From Mytilus edulis (taxonomy: Eukaryota), in contig NC_092351.1 of assembly GCF_963676685.1 (NCBI RefSeq), positions 64,170,001 to 64,234,000 of the forward strand: a stretch of DNA of 64,000 nucleotides, in the 5' to 3' direction. A program made the translations under genes and the position numbers. Position 1 is the stretch's first letter; the number at the start of each line of letters is the position of its first letter. Shown here piece after piece: positions 12,125 through 26,600 of this stretch. Under the pieces are notes generated by a model, which had not been told where the DNA came from, made no database searches, and saw only the letters and a program-made list of their open reading frames with translations.

Positions 12125-13869
12125 TGTGATGTTATACTAATGTTTCAAAAAAAGGGAGAAGGTTTGGTACCATTAAAACGTAATCACGCTGCAAATGTTT
12201 GCACCTGTCCTCAGTCAGAAATCTGATGTATAGTAGTTGTCATTTGTTTATGTAATTTATATGCGTTTCTCATTTCTCGTTTTTATATATAGATTAGACC
12301 ATTGGTTTTCCTGTTTGAATAATTTAAACTAGTAATTTTGGGGCCCTTTATAGCTTGTTGTTCGGTGTGAGCCAAGGCTCCGTGTTGAAGGCCATACATT
12401 GACTTATAATGGTTTACTTTTATAAATTTTATTTGGATAGAGAGTTGTATCATTGGCACTCATACCACATCTTCCTATTCTATTTATACTGTCTAAGTTT
12501 TGATTACGACATTAAGTCATTATACACGTTATCAACGCAAAAAATATTTGGCAGTCTAAAAAAAATGCAGATTTTACACTAGTAACCATCTTATAAACCA
12601 GGACACATCAGCAAAAGAACAATCACACTAAGGTGCAGACCATACCATTTAAGCATGAACAATGCACTTCTGCATACTACATACATATATGCCTGTCTAA
12701 GGAGTTGGAAAATAATCAATCATTTCTCAATCAATATTTTAAGGAATTCAACTACAGGACAAGTTGTCAAGACAAGAAAGAGACTGACCTATTTAATTTT
12801 ATACTGGTATCAATGATGAGTTTGTTCCTTAATACTGCTGGTTTTGTGCAGAGACAGCAAATACCAATTTTAATGTCTTTGATCTGACCCTTATAACCCA
12901 CCAAACTCTAGGAAAACTTGCTACTAAAAGACCACAAAGTCTGTTTTAATGAATTTGGCCTCCACAATTTTCTTGTCAGCAAAGTACAAAAAGAAAAGAT
13001 GCTTGAAACATGCATTGTGAGAACTGTCAAGAGTTTTATATCTTATAAATATTAATATGTATATATGTAGGATCTAAACTATGATTGTCATGCTGAAGTG
13101 TGATGTTGGCATTGTGATGTTATATTGTTGTTGGCTATGCTGGAGTGTGAATGACTACATTATCTATATTTTTTTTATATTCAGTTTCACAAGTCTTATA
13201 GAAGTAAATTTATTTGTAGGATATAGCTTTTCAGTTGTTTAAAGTAAAACATAAAGCAGTTCTTCTTACAATTGTTCAGAAAATTGACCACAATTGAAAC
13301 CTCATACAAAGGTTATTTAACCTTAAAAGCAAAAACATAGAAGATGTTTGATATGCAAATACTACTTGGTGAGTTAGAACAAAATGAAATAATTAAAATT
13401 TCCATACCACTGCTGCAAATAAAACACCATTCAGCGTCCCCAATGTACCTCCCAGTCCCATATATATACTTTATATAAATATAATAAGATGTGGTATGCC
13501 TGCCAATGAGACAACTCTCCATCTAATTTATAAAAGTAGAACATTATAGGTCCATTAGTAGGTGGAAAATAAACATTTATTTCTCAATCAATAATCTGTA
13601 AAATTCAACTTATGAAGGTTCAGATCAACATAACTATTATCAGTAACTGATTAATTTATTCAAATAAATAAAATATAAAATCTATCTATATCACTTTGAC
13701 GAATATTAACACAAGTTTTCAAGCAATTGTAATTGCAATGAACCTATTAAATTCATATTCATAATATTTTAAATCACATTTACGCTAAGATCTAAAACTA
13801 AAATGCCTCCAATACTTAGTTACTATAACTGCTGGTTGATAAATTAAACTTAGAGCATTCAGCATAGGA

Positions 13870-14492
13870 ACTAATATATTAACATTTCTCAATAAACTAT
13901 AAAACCTAAATTAAGATACATTTGAAAATTTTTTATGTGAAATAATTACCAAATTGAAAAGGACTATGTTTGACAAATTTTATTTGAGAACGATCTCTTA
14001 TAATTTGTATTTTTGTTAAGGTATACATATTGTAATGAATTGTAAAATGCAAGCCTTGCTCTCAAAAAAATAAAATGTGATAACCATTCAGTACACAAAA
14101 TGTAAAAGTATGACTATTTTTAGTATTTCAATAATTAGAACTAATGCTATGATTGTACTCCTCCAGTAGAAGTTAGATTAGACTAATATATTAACATTTC
14201 TCAATAAACTATAAAACCTAAATTAAGATACATTTGAAAATTTTTTATGTGAAATAATTACCAAATTGAAAAGGACTATGTTTGACAAATTTTATTTGAG
14301 AACGATCTCTTATAATTTGTATTTTTGTTAAGGTATACATATTGTAATGAATTGTAAAATGCAAGCCTTGCTCTCAAAAAAATAAAATGTGATAACCATT
14401 CAGTACACAAAATGTAAAAGTATGACTATTTTTAGTATTTCAATAATTAGAACTAATGCTATGATTGTACTCCTCCAGTAGAAGTTAGATTA
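13870..14492. repeat. Apparently perfect tandem duplication, 312-bp period, covering the CCDC138 stop codon and proximal 3' UTR
   Basis: 13870-14180 repeated at 14182-14492. Confidence 0.9.
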
Positions 14493-14606
14493 AACAGTAT
14501 AGACTTGAGATTCAATGCTAGGAATGCTTGGTCAGTGGAACATCCACGTAATATCTCCTGGATAATACCAACTATGGTGTACACATCAAAAAATCTTTTG
14601 TTGGTT
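14459..14606 (-). CDS. CCDC138: CCDC138 exon 14 (terminal, TAG)
   Basis: tttcag acceptor; TNKRFFDVYTIVGIIQEIL...FNLTSTGGVQS*. Confidence 0.88.
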
Positions 14607-17600
14607 CTGAAAATAGAAAAACAGTTTATGAGAGCATGACACAGTTTATTGGCACCAAAAGACTGTTAAAAAAATACAAAGATACCAAAAGAACATTCAA
14701 CTCACAAGTTAAAAATAAACTGACAAGGCCATTGATGAAAAAAAGAAGGAGACAAATAACAGAACACTACAGAAAATAAAACATGAATTGCAAAACTAAA
14801 GACTGAGCAACAATAGCTCCACCTAAAACCTAAAACTGGGGTAATGTCAGCTCCCCATCCTGCTCTACATGTGGCATCCGTGGGGTTGCTCATGTTAGCA
14901 CAAACCTGATTACCTGGTTAGCTGTATTATTGGTTACAGGGTTATAGTTCAATATCAAAACATTTTCTAAAGGCTTTATACAATAATATCTAAATAACTC
15001 CTTATAAAATTAACATATTGGCCTATAGCACAGAAATGATGAAGTATTTCTAAAAAGGCAACGGTAAAATAATTGAACATTACACACAGTTTTGCAAACA
15101 AAAAATACACCTGACAAAAATCAAAAGAAAATTTGTAATATAAACTAAGTATGAAATTTCTAGTGAACTTTTCCTTGGACATACTCAAACAAGAGTGCAT
15201 CCAACTGCAACTGTAGTTGTATAAATTATAATTCTAACCTTTCCTCTCTCCCTAAACAATTTAAAATGAACTTACTTGAATTTGGATAATTTTTGTAGAA
15301 TTATACTGAGTTTTTCCAATAATTTATTGTCTTGAGTAGGAGCTCTCAGTACCATAGCGACAGTTCTAAACCACTGCTCATTACCACAGCTCTCTAGGAA
15401 TGGAGTCTGGAAAGGTGTGTCAGCTGACAACTGCAGGAAGATATCCATAGCAGCGCCCATAAATGCCTGAAAGTTCAAATTAGAGTCATTTAATATCCTC
15501 TAGCAGGCCATTGTTTAATAGTTTAACTTTGGATGTAACACATCTTCTGATGTCTCTAATTGGCTGAATGCTTTTTGGTTATCAGGTCATAGACATAATT
15601 TTGTCATTGACTGTGACAACAACAACATTGTAATATGTTCATAAATAAAGTTTGCACCACATTCTTTATGTCTTTTCTTAGTTGACAGAAAAAAATATTA
15701 TATGCTTTCCTCAAATACCTATTAATTATTTTCTTCAATAAAATCTTTTATTTTCATTTCTCTACCAGTCTACCATTAGTCTTTAAAGATAATGAAAATG
15801 TTATTGCTATCTGTAAAAACATAATAGTTTCACTATTATTGCAACTCTTAAAGCATGCTTCCATATATTTAAAATCTTCAAAATGCATAAATTTCAAAGC
15901 TTAAAATTTATCAATCTATGAAAGATAGCATAGAGTAGTTAGTATTTAATTAAGAAACTGAATCACATCTAAATGTCTATTTGTATTTTCATTGTTTTTC
16001 ATTACTTGCAATGTATTGTCACATTTTTTTTTAACTAATGATTTTTTTTCCAGAGCACCCAAGTTTAATCCAGAAAACTCAACCAAATTAAAAAGACAGA
16101 AAACAGGCCAAGTCCACCAATGGGTCTTCAACACAGAAAAAAAATCTCGCAACCAGAGTACAGCTTCAGATGGCCCCAAAATAAAATGAGTACTACTTCA
16201 ATGAAAATGGTCTTCACATCAAACTCAACTTTTTGCTCAATATTTTTTTAATATAGAGTTTTGAGATCTGTGTGTCTTTTAACATTTGACCATTATTGTT
16301 TTTTTCTTAAGCTTTTTATTTTGATGGTATCTCCTGAACTTTAAATAACTTTTAATTATCTCCTGTCATACCTTATTAATAGGTTTTAGATACTGTAATA
16401 CAACTGGCGTAGCTTGATAATACAGGAACAATTCTTTACACACGTCTGACTTCAGATCATTCTTCAACACATCAAATACATGGGCTACCAGATCAACTGT
16501 TGGATAAATATACAAGTTAAACATTAAAACATAAGAAAAGCAAACTACATACAGTCCCCTATACCACATCTTCTTATTTTACTAAAGACTAAAAAGCAGG
16601 AGCCCAATATCATACCATTAAGTATTTGACAAACCCATTCAGAATCTTGTGTAATTAATGCTTTTCAACATTGTTCTTTATTTGGCCTTTTTACATGTTT
16701 TGTTTTGGCCTTTTTAACTTTTTTTAATTCAAGTGTCACTGATGAGTCTTTTGTCTTTTGACCAAACATGTAAATGACATACAAAGTTTGAATTCTCGTA
16801 TCAATGATGATTTTTTTTATACTTTTAGCGCATAGATATGGAAGAATGTGGGAGATAAGTCGAACTTTACAATTAGATCTTGATTAATATAAGACAAAGG
16901 GTTTCAGAAAAATTATTTCATCCCTTTTATTGGTCTTTCGTCTATTAATGGTATGTGTACAAATACAATGTAAGCTTGCAGTCTGAATATGTCTGTCCTA
17001 AGTCAGGAGCATGTTATTCAGTGGTTGTAATTTGTTAATTGTTATACATTTTTTTTCGGTCATTATTTTTTTTCATAAATCAGACTTAGTTTTCTCGTTT
17101 GAATAGTTTAACATGTCATTTCAGGGTCTTTTATAGCTGACTTTGCGGTATTGGCTTTGCATATTGTTGAAAGCCACACAATGATCTATAGTTGTTTATT
17201 TCTGTGTTTTTTGGTCTCTTGTGGAGAGTTGTCTCATTGGCAATCATACCACTTCTTCTTTGTTATGTTTACAGAATATTTGTTATTTGTAATGTTAAAA
17301 GATAGATATCTGTTGGAAAATTCATTAAAAACGTTTATTTAATCACAGCAGACAGCAAATAGGTTTACTTTTATGCCCCATTTATGGGCATTATGTTTTC
17401 TGGTTTGTGCGTCCATTCATTCGTTCATCCCTCCATTCTTCTGCCCCGTTTCAGGTTAAAGTTTTTGATCAAGGTAGTTTTTGATGAAGTTTAAGTCCAA
17501 TCTACTGGAAACTTAGCACACATGTTCCCTGTGATATGATCTTTCTAATTTTATTGCCAAATAAGAGTTTTTACCCCATCTCCACGGTCCACTGAACATA

Positions 17601-20600
17601 GAAAATGATAGTGCAAATGGGGCATCCTCGAACTAGGGACACATTCTTGATTCTATGTATTTCCTACTTGTATAGGTAAATAATTTAAAAAAAAAAGACA
17701 AAATGGTGATATTCAAATTTACTAAGCTATTTCATCTTTAACCAATTATAAAGCATCAACATTTCCAAATTTACCCTCAACTTACCTTGTGATAAAGTTT
17801 TAAGTATAATAAGAGAGGACAAGAGCCTGACATGTTGGTTAGAACTTCTAAAGTAGATGCCATCTTTTGATTTGTCTAGCTTTGTTGGTGATAAAGGGAA
17901 ATCACTCTTGTCACTACTAACATCCATAAACTTGACTGTTTTAGATCTGTATAATTCTTCTCCCAGTCGTCTTAGTGTGGATGATAGGTTAGATTTCTGA
18001 AAAGTTAAAAGATCATTTAATTCATAAAATTGTGAATTATTGCTTTATCCTTTAAAAAAAATAATTGTAAATATTGAACAAACTTTGCTCCAATCTAGGG
18101 GGCATTTGTTTTTTTAGTGATCAAGATTATAACACAATTTTGACTGCTGTACCCCTATTATTGACATTTTAAACTATTGTCTATTTGTTTGGTCAACACA
18201 TCGTTTTCCATATAATGGAATTCTATTCAACTGTCATACAAGTGAGAGGTTTAGCTAGCTATAGAACCAGGTTAAATACACCATTTTCTACACAAGTAAA
18301 TGCCTTTACCAAGTCAGTTGTTATCCATTCATTGGATGTGTTTGAGCTTTTGATTTTGTCATTTGATTTCAGACTTTTGGTATAGAATTTCCCTAGGAGT
18401 TGGGAATTTTTGATATTTTACTTTTTACATATGATTCTGACTCAGGAAGCTTATGAAAAATGGGCAAAAAATTATGATAGAATTTGTTTAGATTTAGGGT
18501 TATAACGTTGAGCCATAAAAGAGACATTATAAAAATACTTAATAAAATTGAGAAAGGAAATAGGGAATGTGTCAAAGCGACAACAACCCGACCATAGAGC
18601 AGAAATATGTATTCATGATTTCAACAAAACAGTGAGTCTCCAAAAATTTAAAGAGGCATATGCAGTACAAAACATTAATCCTAATATTAAAGATCCTACA
18701 ATTTGTATTCACATCTTTTATCAACCACAACATAAGTAATGAGAATCCTTTTGAAAACAATCATTTTTGGAAAGGTATAATTTTTCCTTCATTTCAATTT
18801 TGAGTTATCTTCATCCAATAATTTGTGTAAGAGGAGCAGGGGCACTGACTGCAAAAGATGGGAAACGCTCCAGTCATTCTTCAGTGATTACTAAAAATAT
18901 TCAACCAAATTTAAACCACAAAAGTGGGAGGCCTTTGCACCCTGACCTCCCCCCCCCCCAAAAAAAAAAAAGGAAATAAATCTGCCTATGCTCCATTACT
19001 AGAATTGTTGTTATTTACATAATTTGTGCAGAAATGTCTTGCCAGAAAGATTAAAATACCATATGGATTGTATATTAACTACTTACCTGTTGGCCTGAGG
19101 CTTGCTCTACATTGATAAGGGACCAGTATATAAATTGTAAACAAGGGAGACTAATCCTGAAGTTATTTGGAGGGAACTCTCTCAGCATATCAACAGAGGT
19201 AGGTAAGATCTACAAAATATAAACAAACGATTTATTGTAAAACTATTGAAGTATTTCAATTTCAATTGTTTTCTTATTTATACTATTTAATTGAAAATTA
19301 AAAAGTGCTACGTGAATATATAATTTTAATGATTAAACAATACATCAAAATTGAGAATAAATCAATGAGGCTTTCAAAAGTTTTAAAATTCACTAAATGT
19401 GTTTTGTAGGTTTTTTTTGTACTGATATTAAAATACATACTGTGGATTCATTTATTTTCATTGTAACCAATTTTCGTACATAGAATACTTTTGATATTTT
19501 ATTTTGTGGTTTTCCATAATTCTGCATTTTATCTTACAGAAAATTTGCAGTTTTGCAGTTCTTTGACCATTTACATTCAAGGTTTCCCTGTAACCATGAA
19601 ATTCACGAAAATTGGTATTGAATGAATAATAATGAATCGTCAGTATCTATAATTCAATGAACCACTTGTGATATTTTCAATTAAGGTCTTACAAAAAAAT
19701 CTATATGTCTTTTGGTAATTGGTGTTGGGTTGCTTTTTCACTGATATTAACCCTCAACTTCAATTAATTTTTATTCATAGGACTTTTTAAAAAACAAATG
19801 TAATGATACCTTTAAAACTCTCTCCAGTATGTACTCTGTTGAGGAGAACCTTTCTATAGCTCTGGTTGGTTGGTCTGTCACAGCGTATCGTAGATGTGCA
19901 TCACAGATCCAATCAAGCAATATACCCATGATGTCATAACTACAAGAACTGGTGGAAAACTTGGAAAAAAGGTATAAAGAATCAACATAAGTCTAAACCA
20001 GCTTTCTATCATTGCTCCTATCCAGAGAAAAAAACCCAGAGAGAATACAAAATTTAAACACTTTTCAATTATCTTTAAACAAAAGAAACAATCATCCTTA
20101 AAAGTATTTTCTCCCGATCAGTTCATAGAAACAATGACTTTAAACTTTAGATGTTCTACTATCTTCAAAAAGTTTCAAATTATTTCTGAGTTATCTCCCA
20201 TTGATTAAAAACATTACATGTATTTCTTTTGTACCAACTTTTGCTTTGTATTTCAATTTCAATTTGAAACAATGTTAATATATAGAAAAACCTTACCAAA
20301 TCAAAGCCTTAAATTGTTGTGCTGTCCAAATTCATGGATTTTTTAGATGTGTACTTTTTGAATAATTTGTTTAGGTTTATTTATCTTTTTGGTTGAATTA
20401 TTATGATATTGGATAAGAAATTTATTGTTTATATTTGTTAATATATGTGTATTTCTGATCTAATGGGAACCAAATGCTTTCCAAATTCTTATTAATATAT
20501 ATAGTTGATGTAAAACATCAATCAATTGAGTTCTTATCATCAAATGAGTTAAATCAGCAAAATATTCTGTACTATTTCAACAAGTTCAAATATATTTTTT

Positions 20601-23600
20601 GAGTTATTTCCCCTGGATTAAACTTTACTCAGAGTGATTTAGAAAATTGATTTTGCTCAAGATTGAATGATGCTCTGTAGATGTCCCTTAATTATGCTTG
20701 TATGATGGCTTGCTGTCTCATTGATACAACCAATTTTTTTTTACTTCACAGTTTTTGCCAAAGTTTGAACAAATAAGCTTTATGAAATTTGAAGTGTGTT
20801 GATAATTTAAATGTATATTAGTGGATAAACCTTTATCAACGAAATCAACGAAAATAAGAGCCTACGATTTATAAAGTATCCCCGGTAACTTTCATTTGAT
20901 AACTTTTCACTTTCTCCACTTTAAACATGTCAAGAGAGCCGTGGTTTATAGTGTTTAGCCCTTTGGACTACTTACACAAAGGTTTCTGGTTTGATCAACG
21001 CTCCTGGGAGAAATTTCAGGAAAGGAATTTTTGGCTCTCCCTTGACACTATTTGAGGAAACTATTAAGAAGCAATGATAGGCCATTGGAAAGGGACAATA
21101 AATGGCCAACCCATGTTAAGAGATAGCCATATCTCTTGCTTGCAAAAGACACCCTTATAGATTTTGAAAAAGAGCAGCACTCGCACCCACAAAATGGAAA
21201 GGGATCAATATAAGTTGCAATAACTTATTTCCCAATCCACTATAACTAAATATGTTTAAATTAAATTGAACCTGTCAAAGTTACCTTTTTCTCCTTCTGT
21301 ACTTTGTTTTCTCGTTGTTGTCCTTTCTGTTTAGGTACAGAAGTAGATAAGGCTATATTACCCAGTTCTACTTCCTTCTGTCTTTCTGTAAAGTCTTGCT
21401 TTCTCTTAAAAAATTATATAATTGTTGTAACTTGTTTTTCATATCATTTACTTTTAAAATTATATTGAGAAACAAAATGTGAAAGATAGCAAATGTTAAC
21501 TTTGGTGTAAAAAGTAAAATCACTAAAATACTGAACTTAGAGGAAAATCAATTCGGAAAGTCCATAATCACATGGCAAAATCAAATCACAAAACGCATAA
21601 AAAACGAATGGACAAGAACTGTCATATTCCTGACTTGGTACAGGCATTTTCAAATGTAGAAAATGGTGGTTATAGCGCTAACCCTCTCACTTTGATGACA
21701 GTCTCATCAAATTTCGTTATATTTACATTGATGCGTTAACTAAACAGACACAATAAACAAAATAGTCAAAATATGGGTACATCAGTCATCATCGTATAAC
21801 AACAACAAAAATATGAAATACAAAACATTGTGTTGTTTGTACATGGTATTTTTTCTATAAATATGAAGCTTTATGTAGTTTTAATATTATATATCTAAAT
21901 TAATAGTACTATGATCCATTAAACATCCATGAATGATTTCAAATCATGTTCTGCCTATTTCCTTGAAACACACAAACAAATCTACTTTTGTCTTTATGTT
22001 TGTGTATGTATTTTTAGAGAGTGGCATATTGTTTTTTGTTGTGATTTAAAGGGGTTTCAAAGTATACTTAGCATGCTGTCCAAATCTATATAATATTCAT
22101 TCTTAATGAAATGGTGTACAATGTATTAAATTTCAATTAAGACAAAAAAAAAAGGGGGGGCCAGCTGAAGCACGCCTCTGTGTGTGGGATTTTCTTGCTG
22201 CATTGAAGACCCATTGGTGGCCTTCGGCAGTTATCTGCTCTTCGTCAGGTTGTTGTCTCTTTGACACATTTTCCACTTCCTTTCTCTATTTTAAGATAAT
22301 AGAAAAAGGTTACAAATTACCCTTAAAAATGACAAGAAGTAAGATTTCAATATGCAATGTATCTAAATAAATCTATCACCATCAGCAATTCCTTAAACCT
22401 AAATTGATTTGAGTTCTTACTTGTAAGTTTGTAAGTCTGGCTTGAACACTGACAGCTTGTTTCTCTAACTTGTCATGCTGACTTTGTAATGTTTCAAACT
22501 GAAAAGAGATACATGTACCAATATATCAAAAATAGTAAATAAATATTCAAATGTATTTTTTTAGTTTCAAGTTTCTTTTCTTTTTTTTTAAATATGATGT
22601 CATACAGTTCTTGTATCTAATTGTTGGTTTCTGGTGTTCTTGACACAAAATAATGTATGTGTGCTATGCATAGTAGTCCTTTTTGTCTTCCTGTTTAAAT
22701 TGTTTATTTATATTATCTATCTTTTTGAAATTAATCAGGTCATAAGACATCTTTGAAATGTTTTTCATAAAGTTTAATTATGATATTTTTCCCTTGATGA
22801 AAATATAAGGAGATGTAGTTTGATACCTAATAAGAAAGTTAACCAACAGAGAACAAAGGACCATGATAGGAAATATAAGAAGTCACAATGTAGCATTCAA
22901 CGATGAGGTAACCCCATACTGTCATAAAGTCCTGGGATAAAAAAAAAGTGAAACTAATAAAAAAAGAAATGTAATGGCCTGATTAAGGCTTCCTCAGAAA
23001 TACTCATAATTTTCTCCTTATGGTTAATGGATTGTTGCTTGCATAATCTTCAGTGGAAACTATTTCACGCACATTCTGGGTGAAATTGTCAGAAAATCTT
23101 TTTTCAATCATATTGCACTTAAAGTGTAAATATTGTATACTCATATCAGTTACATCAGAGAACCTTGTGTCAATATGAATATATCAGACCCATCATGTGA
23201 ATATTATGATAGTTTATCAACCCAGTAGGTGTAAATAAACTCATCATGTAAATATAACCTGATTTGTGAACATAGTGATAGTAAAATAAATAGTTTATCT
23301 GCTTTTAGTAAATACATTTATAGTGAATTTTATACTGATATACAGAATTATATTGTCAACCATTTTTTTTCAAAATATTTTATTTCATGTTTAGCCTTTT
23401 TAAGGTGACTTGCAGAGATTTATTTTTCTGTTAGCATATTTATGTATGGAAGTTCCATTAAGTTTATCATACTCCCTTTAGTTTTCAACTTACAAAAGTC
23501 CCAAAAATAAAAGGGTTTACAGTCTTTATACAAAAGTTTTTGGCTATGGACACTTGAGCAAAGCATAATTAAACAACATCATTCACCTATGTATTTTGTA

Positions 23601-26600
23601 TGTATTCACCACTTGTTTGATTCACATGTGAATTTAAATAAAGCATATTGTTGTTAATGTTATACCTGTGAATAAAGAAGGTGAAAAACTGAAGCATGGA
23701 TTTCAATTTTTCAGTTTCATAGGAACAGTTATGACGTTGTGGCTTGCTTGCTTAATTGTATTAATGTTGGGTCAAGCATTGTAATTAACATTGGCATCTA
23801 CAATCAATAGGTAGGCCAGGCCTCAGCTTGAATGCAATATACCTAAATGACATTGGATGTTAAGTATAATGCAGAGTATAATGTATACATCTGAAGCCCT
23901 GCCTATGAATTGATTGCAATTTTCAATCTGAAATACAATGCTCGAGCAATTATTTATTCAAACATAGCATACAAGCCAACTAAACATTTACTCGACAAGC
24001 TTTTGGAAAAGAAGCTCTAAATTGACTAAAAAAACTTGCATCTTTTTTCATGGCATCATTTGCTTTTACTAGTGTTTCAAAGTTGTCTTTCAATCTTCTG
24101 TTTTCTTTAATTTTCTCCTTTAATTGTATTTCTATCTTCACTATCTCTTCTTTGTATTTCTGTAATAGAATAATATAAAAGTTAACAGATAAAAAACAAG
24201 AACAAAACATTTGTATCATCTGATAATATCATCCACAGGTAGAACAATAAGCTACTGCTCACTTATGGTACCCTAATTTTATTTTTCAGGAAACAGGGTT
24301 TGGAGAGAGGCAAATTATACCAAAGGGATATTCAAACTCATAAACACGGAATCTGCCCATGGGACACAGATGATGCTCCTACTTGCCTACAACGTTATAA
24401 ATGAATATAACTGAAGAACTGTTGAAGTAACACTTCCCAAATTTGTACTTGATCAGAGTTTTGTAGTAATAAGCATTGTTTATTCATTTCATAGCTTGGT
24501 AACAGAAATGAAAAATTCAGCATTCAGGGTATTAAAGATGGACAAGAGTAACATTTATTGCTGGCTATGCTACGTCTGGGGCATAAAAACCCAGACCTAT
24601 CGTTTTTCATACTGATCATCAATTGGACTTCAATATTAGAAGTTGAGATAATTTGCAGATAAAAGGTAAACATCCTGTTCTAGATAAAAGAAGAACTTTG
24701 ATTTTTTCAAATACATGTAATTTGTTTATACATATCATATATTTAGAGACATAAATAATCTGATCTAACTAAATATTAATAGGATTTAACCTTTCCAGTA
24801 TTATAAGTATTCAATACAGGGGCTAAAATAATTGGTCTAAAACATAAATGATCAATTGATTACAATAGAAGTGGTGTTGTAGAAATTAACATTCTACTGA
24901 AAATATACTTCAACAAGCCAGGACTGTCATTAACTGTATTATTTACTAAAAGAGTCTTTAAACATTTTTGAATATGTCTATATCAGGAGCTATTTGCATG
25001 GCACAAGAGAGTACTGTGTGTGGAATTTGTGAAGAATCTTCAATACTGAAATGGATATGTATTGAATGTGATTTATATTTATGCCAGGACTGTTATGTAA
25101 AGTTTCATTCAAAAAGCAAAACACTGGTACACCATCTTGTAATGGACATAAAAGAATATGGGACTGAACAAACGCTGGACAAAATTCTCAAAGTAAAACT
25201 TAAGGAAATTAATTGTGATGGATCCGAACACTGTGACCAGAAATGCAGTATATTTTGCTCAGATTGCGATAAACCAATCTGCTTCAGTTGTGTAATATGT
25301 CACAAATACCATGACCTACACAAGCTAAGTGAAATTTTCGAGCAAAAAATGACCAAGCTAAAAGACTTGAGAGTAAAAAGTGAGCAGAATATTTCTGTAG
25401 GTGAGCATGAAGAGCAGGAACTGCAAGTTATGCTTTCCAAAGGAAGTAAACAATTTGATGACACAAAGACAGAAATTTTGCACAATCAAAAAATATATAC
25501 GGATCTTATACAAAAACATTTTGACAATCTTTTAAAAGATGCGGAAAATCAATGGAATTTAACAAGAGAGACTATCAATAGAGAACTAGAACTTATCCAA
25601 AGAAATATTCAACAAATGGAAGCGCAAAAGAAAAAAATAGACCAGATTTTTAACCCCCAAAAAATCTCAGAAATTCTCACATCAAATCATTCAAATATCT
25701 CTCAAATTTTACCATCAAAAAGTGTTTACCAAATGTCATTGCAACAGGCCAAGTTTATACATGGTTTTCTATCAAAAGACAGCTGTGATAGGTGTTATTA
25801 CTTGAATGGACGCCTCTACAAAGGTCCTCATTACAAAATGATTGGATCTTATTCAACAAAAATGAGAAATCTTTCTAAAATAATTCACTTACAAAATAGT
25901 TCTTGCATCATTGCAAATTATAATGAGGAATTATTACAAAAAGTTAAATTTGACAGTAATGAAATCAAGGTTGAAAATGAGATAAAGACAAAAGTGTTTG
26001 ATCTAGCCATGATACCTGATGGCAGACTTCTTCTTTCTAAAGAAACCTCAGATTTAGAACTCATAAATATAGATGGGGGTAAAGAATTGTTTCACTCTTT
26101 TTCTCCTTTCTTGACATTTGGTGTGTGCGTTCATAAAGAGGATTTATTTGTTGGAGTTGCAAAATCTTTACAGAAATCAGTGTATCAGGATGGTAGAATA
26201 GTTCTATTGGATATGAAGGGACAAGTTAAATGCACATTTGGTAAAGAACATAAATCTGGAGAACCACTCTTTATCTGTCCAACAAGAATAGCAGCTAATT
26301 CTGAAATTATATGTGTAATTAATACCTTAAAGAGAAATAAAGACAATCATATGCTTCAGGGTGGTAGGATAGTTGGATTAAATCATAAGGGGGAGGAAAA
26401 GTGGTCATATTCTGATAAATCAGGAGCTGTAACGGGACGGTTTTATCCACAAGATATAACATTTACCTCAGCAGGTCTTATTCTTGCATGTGATTATTTG
26501 GACAATTCAATACATGCAATAAATAAAGATGGGGATGTTACTGGGTGGATTGACGTACAAGATATTGGTTTTCCAATGTTTCCTGCATCTCTGGATGTTG

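Noticed and set aside
24968-24973. ORF-track starts at 24968 and 36131
   Set aside because: Both are TTG codons; the first ATGs (24974, 36149) fit the paralog N-termini
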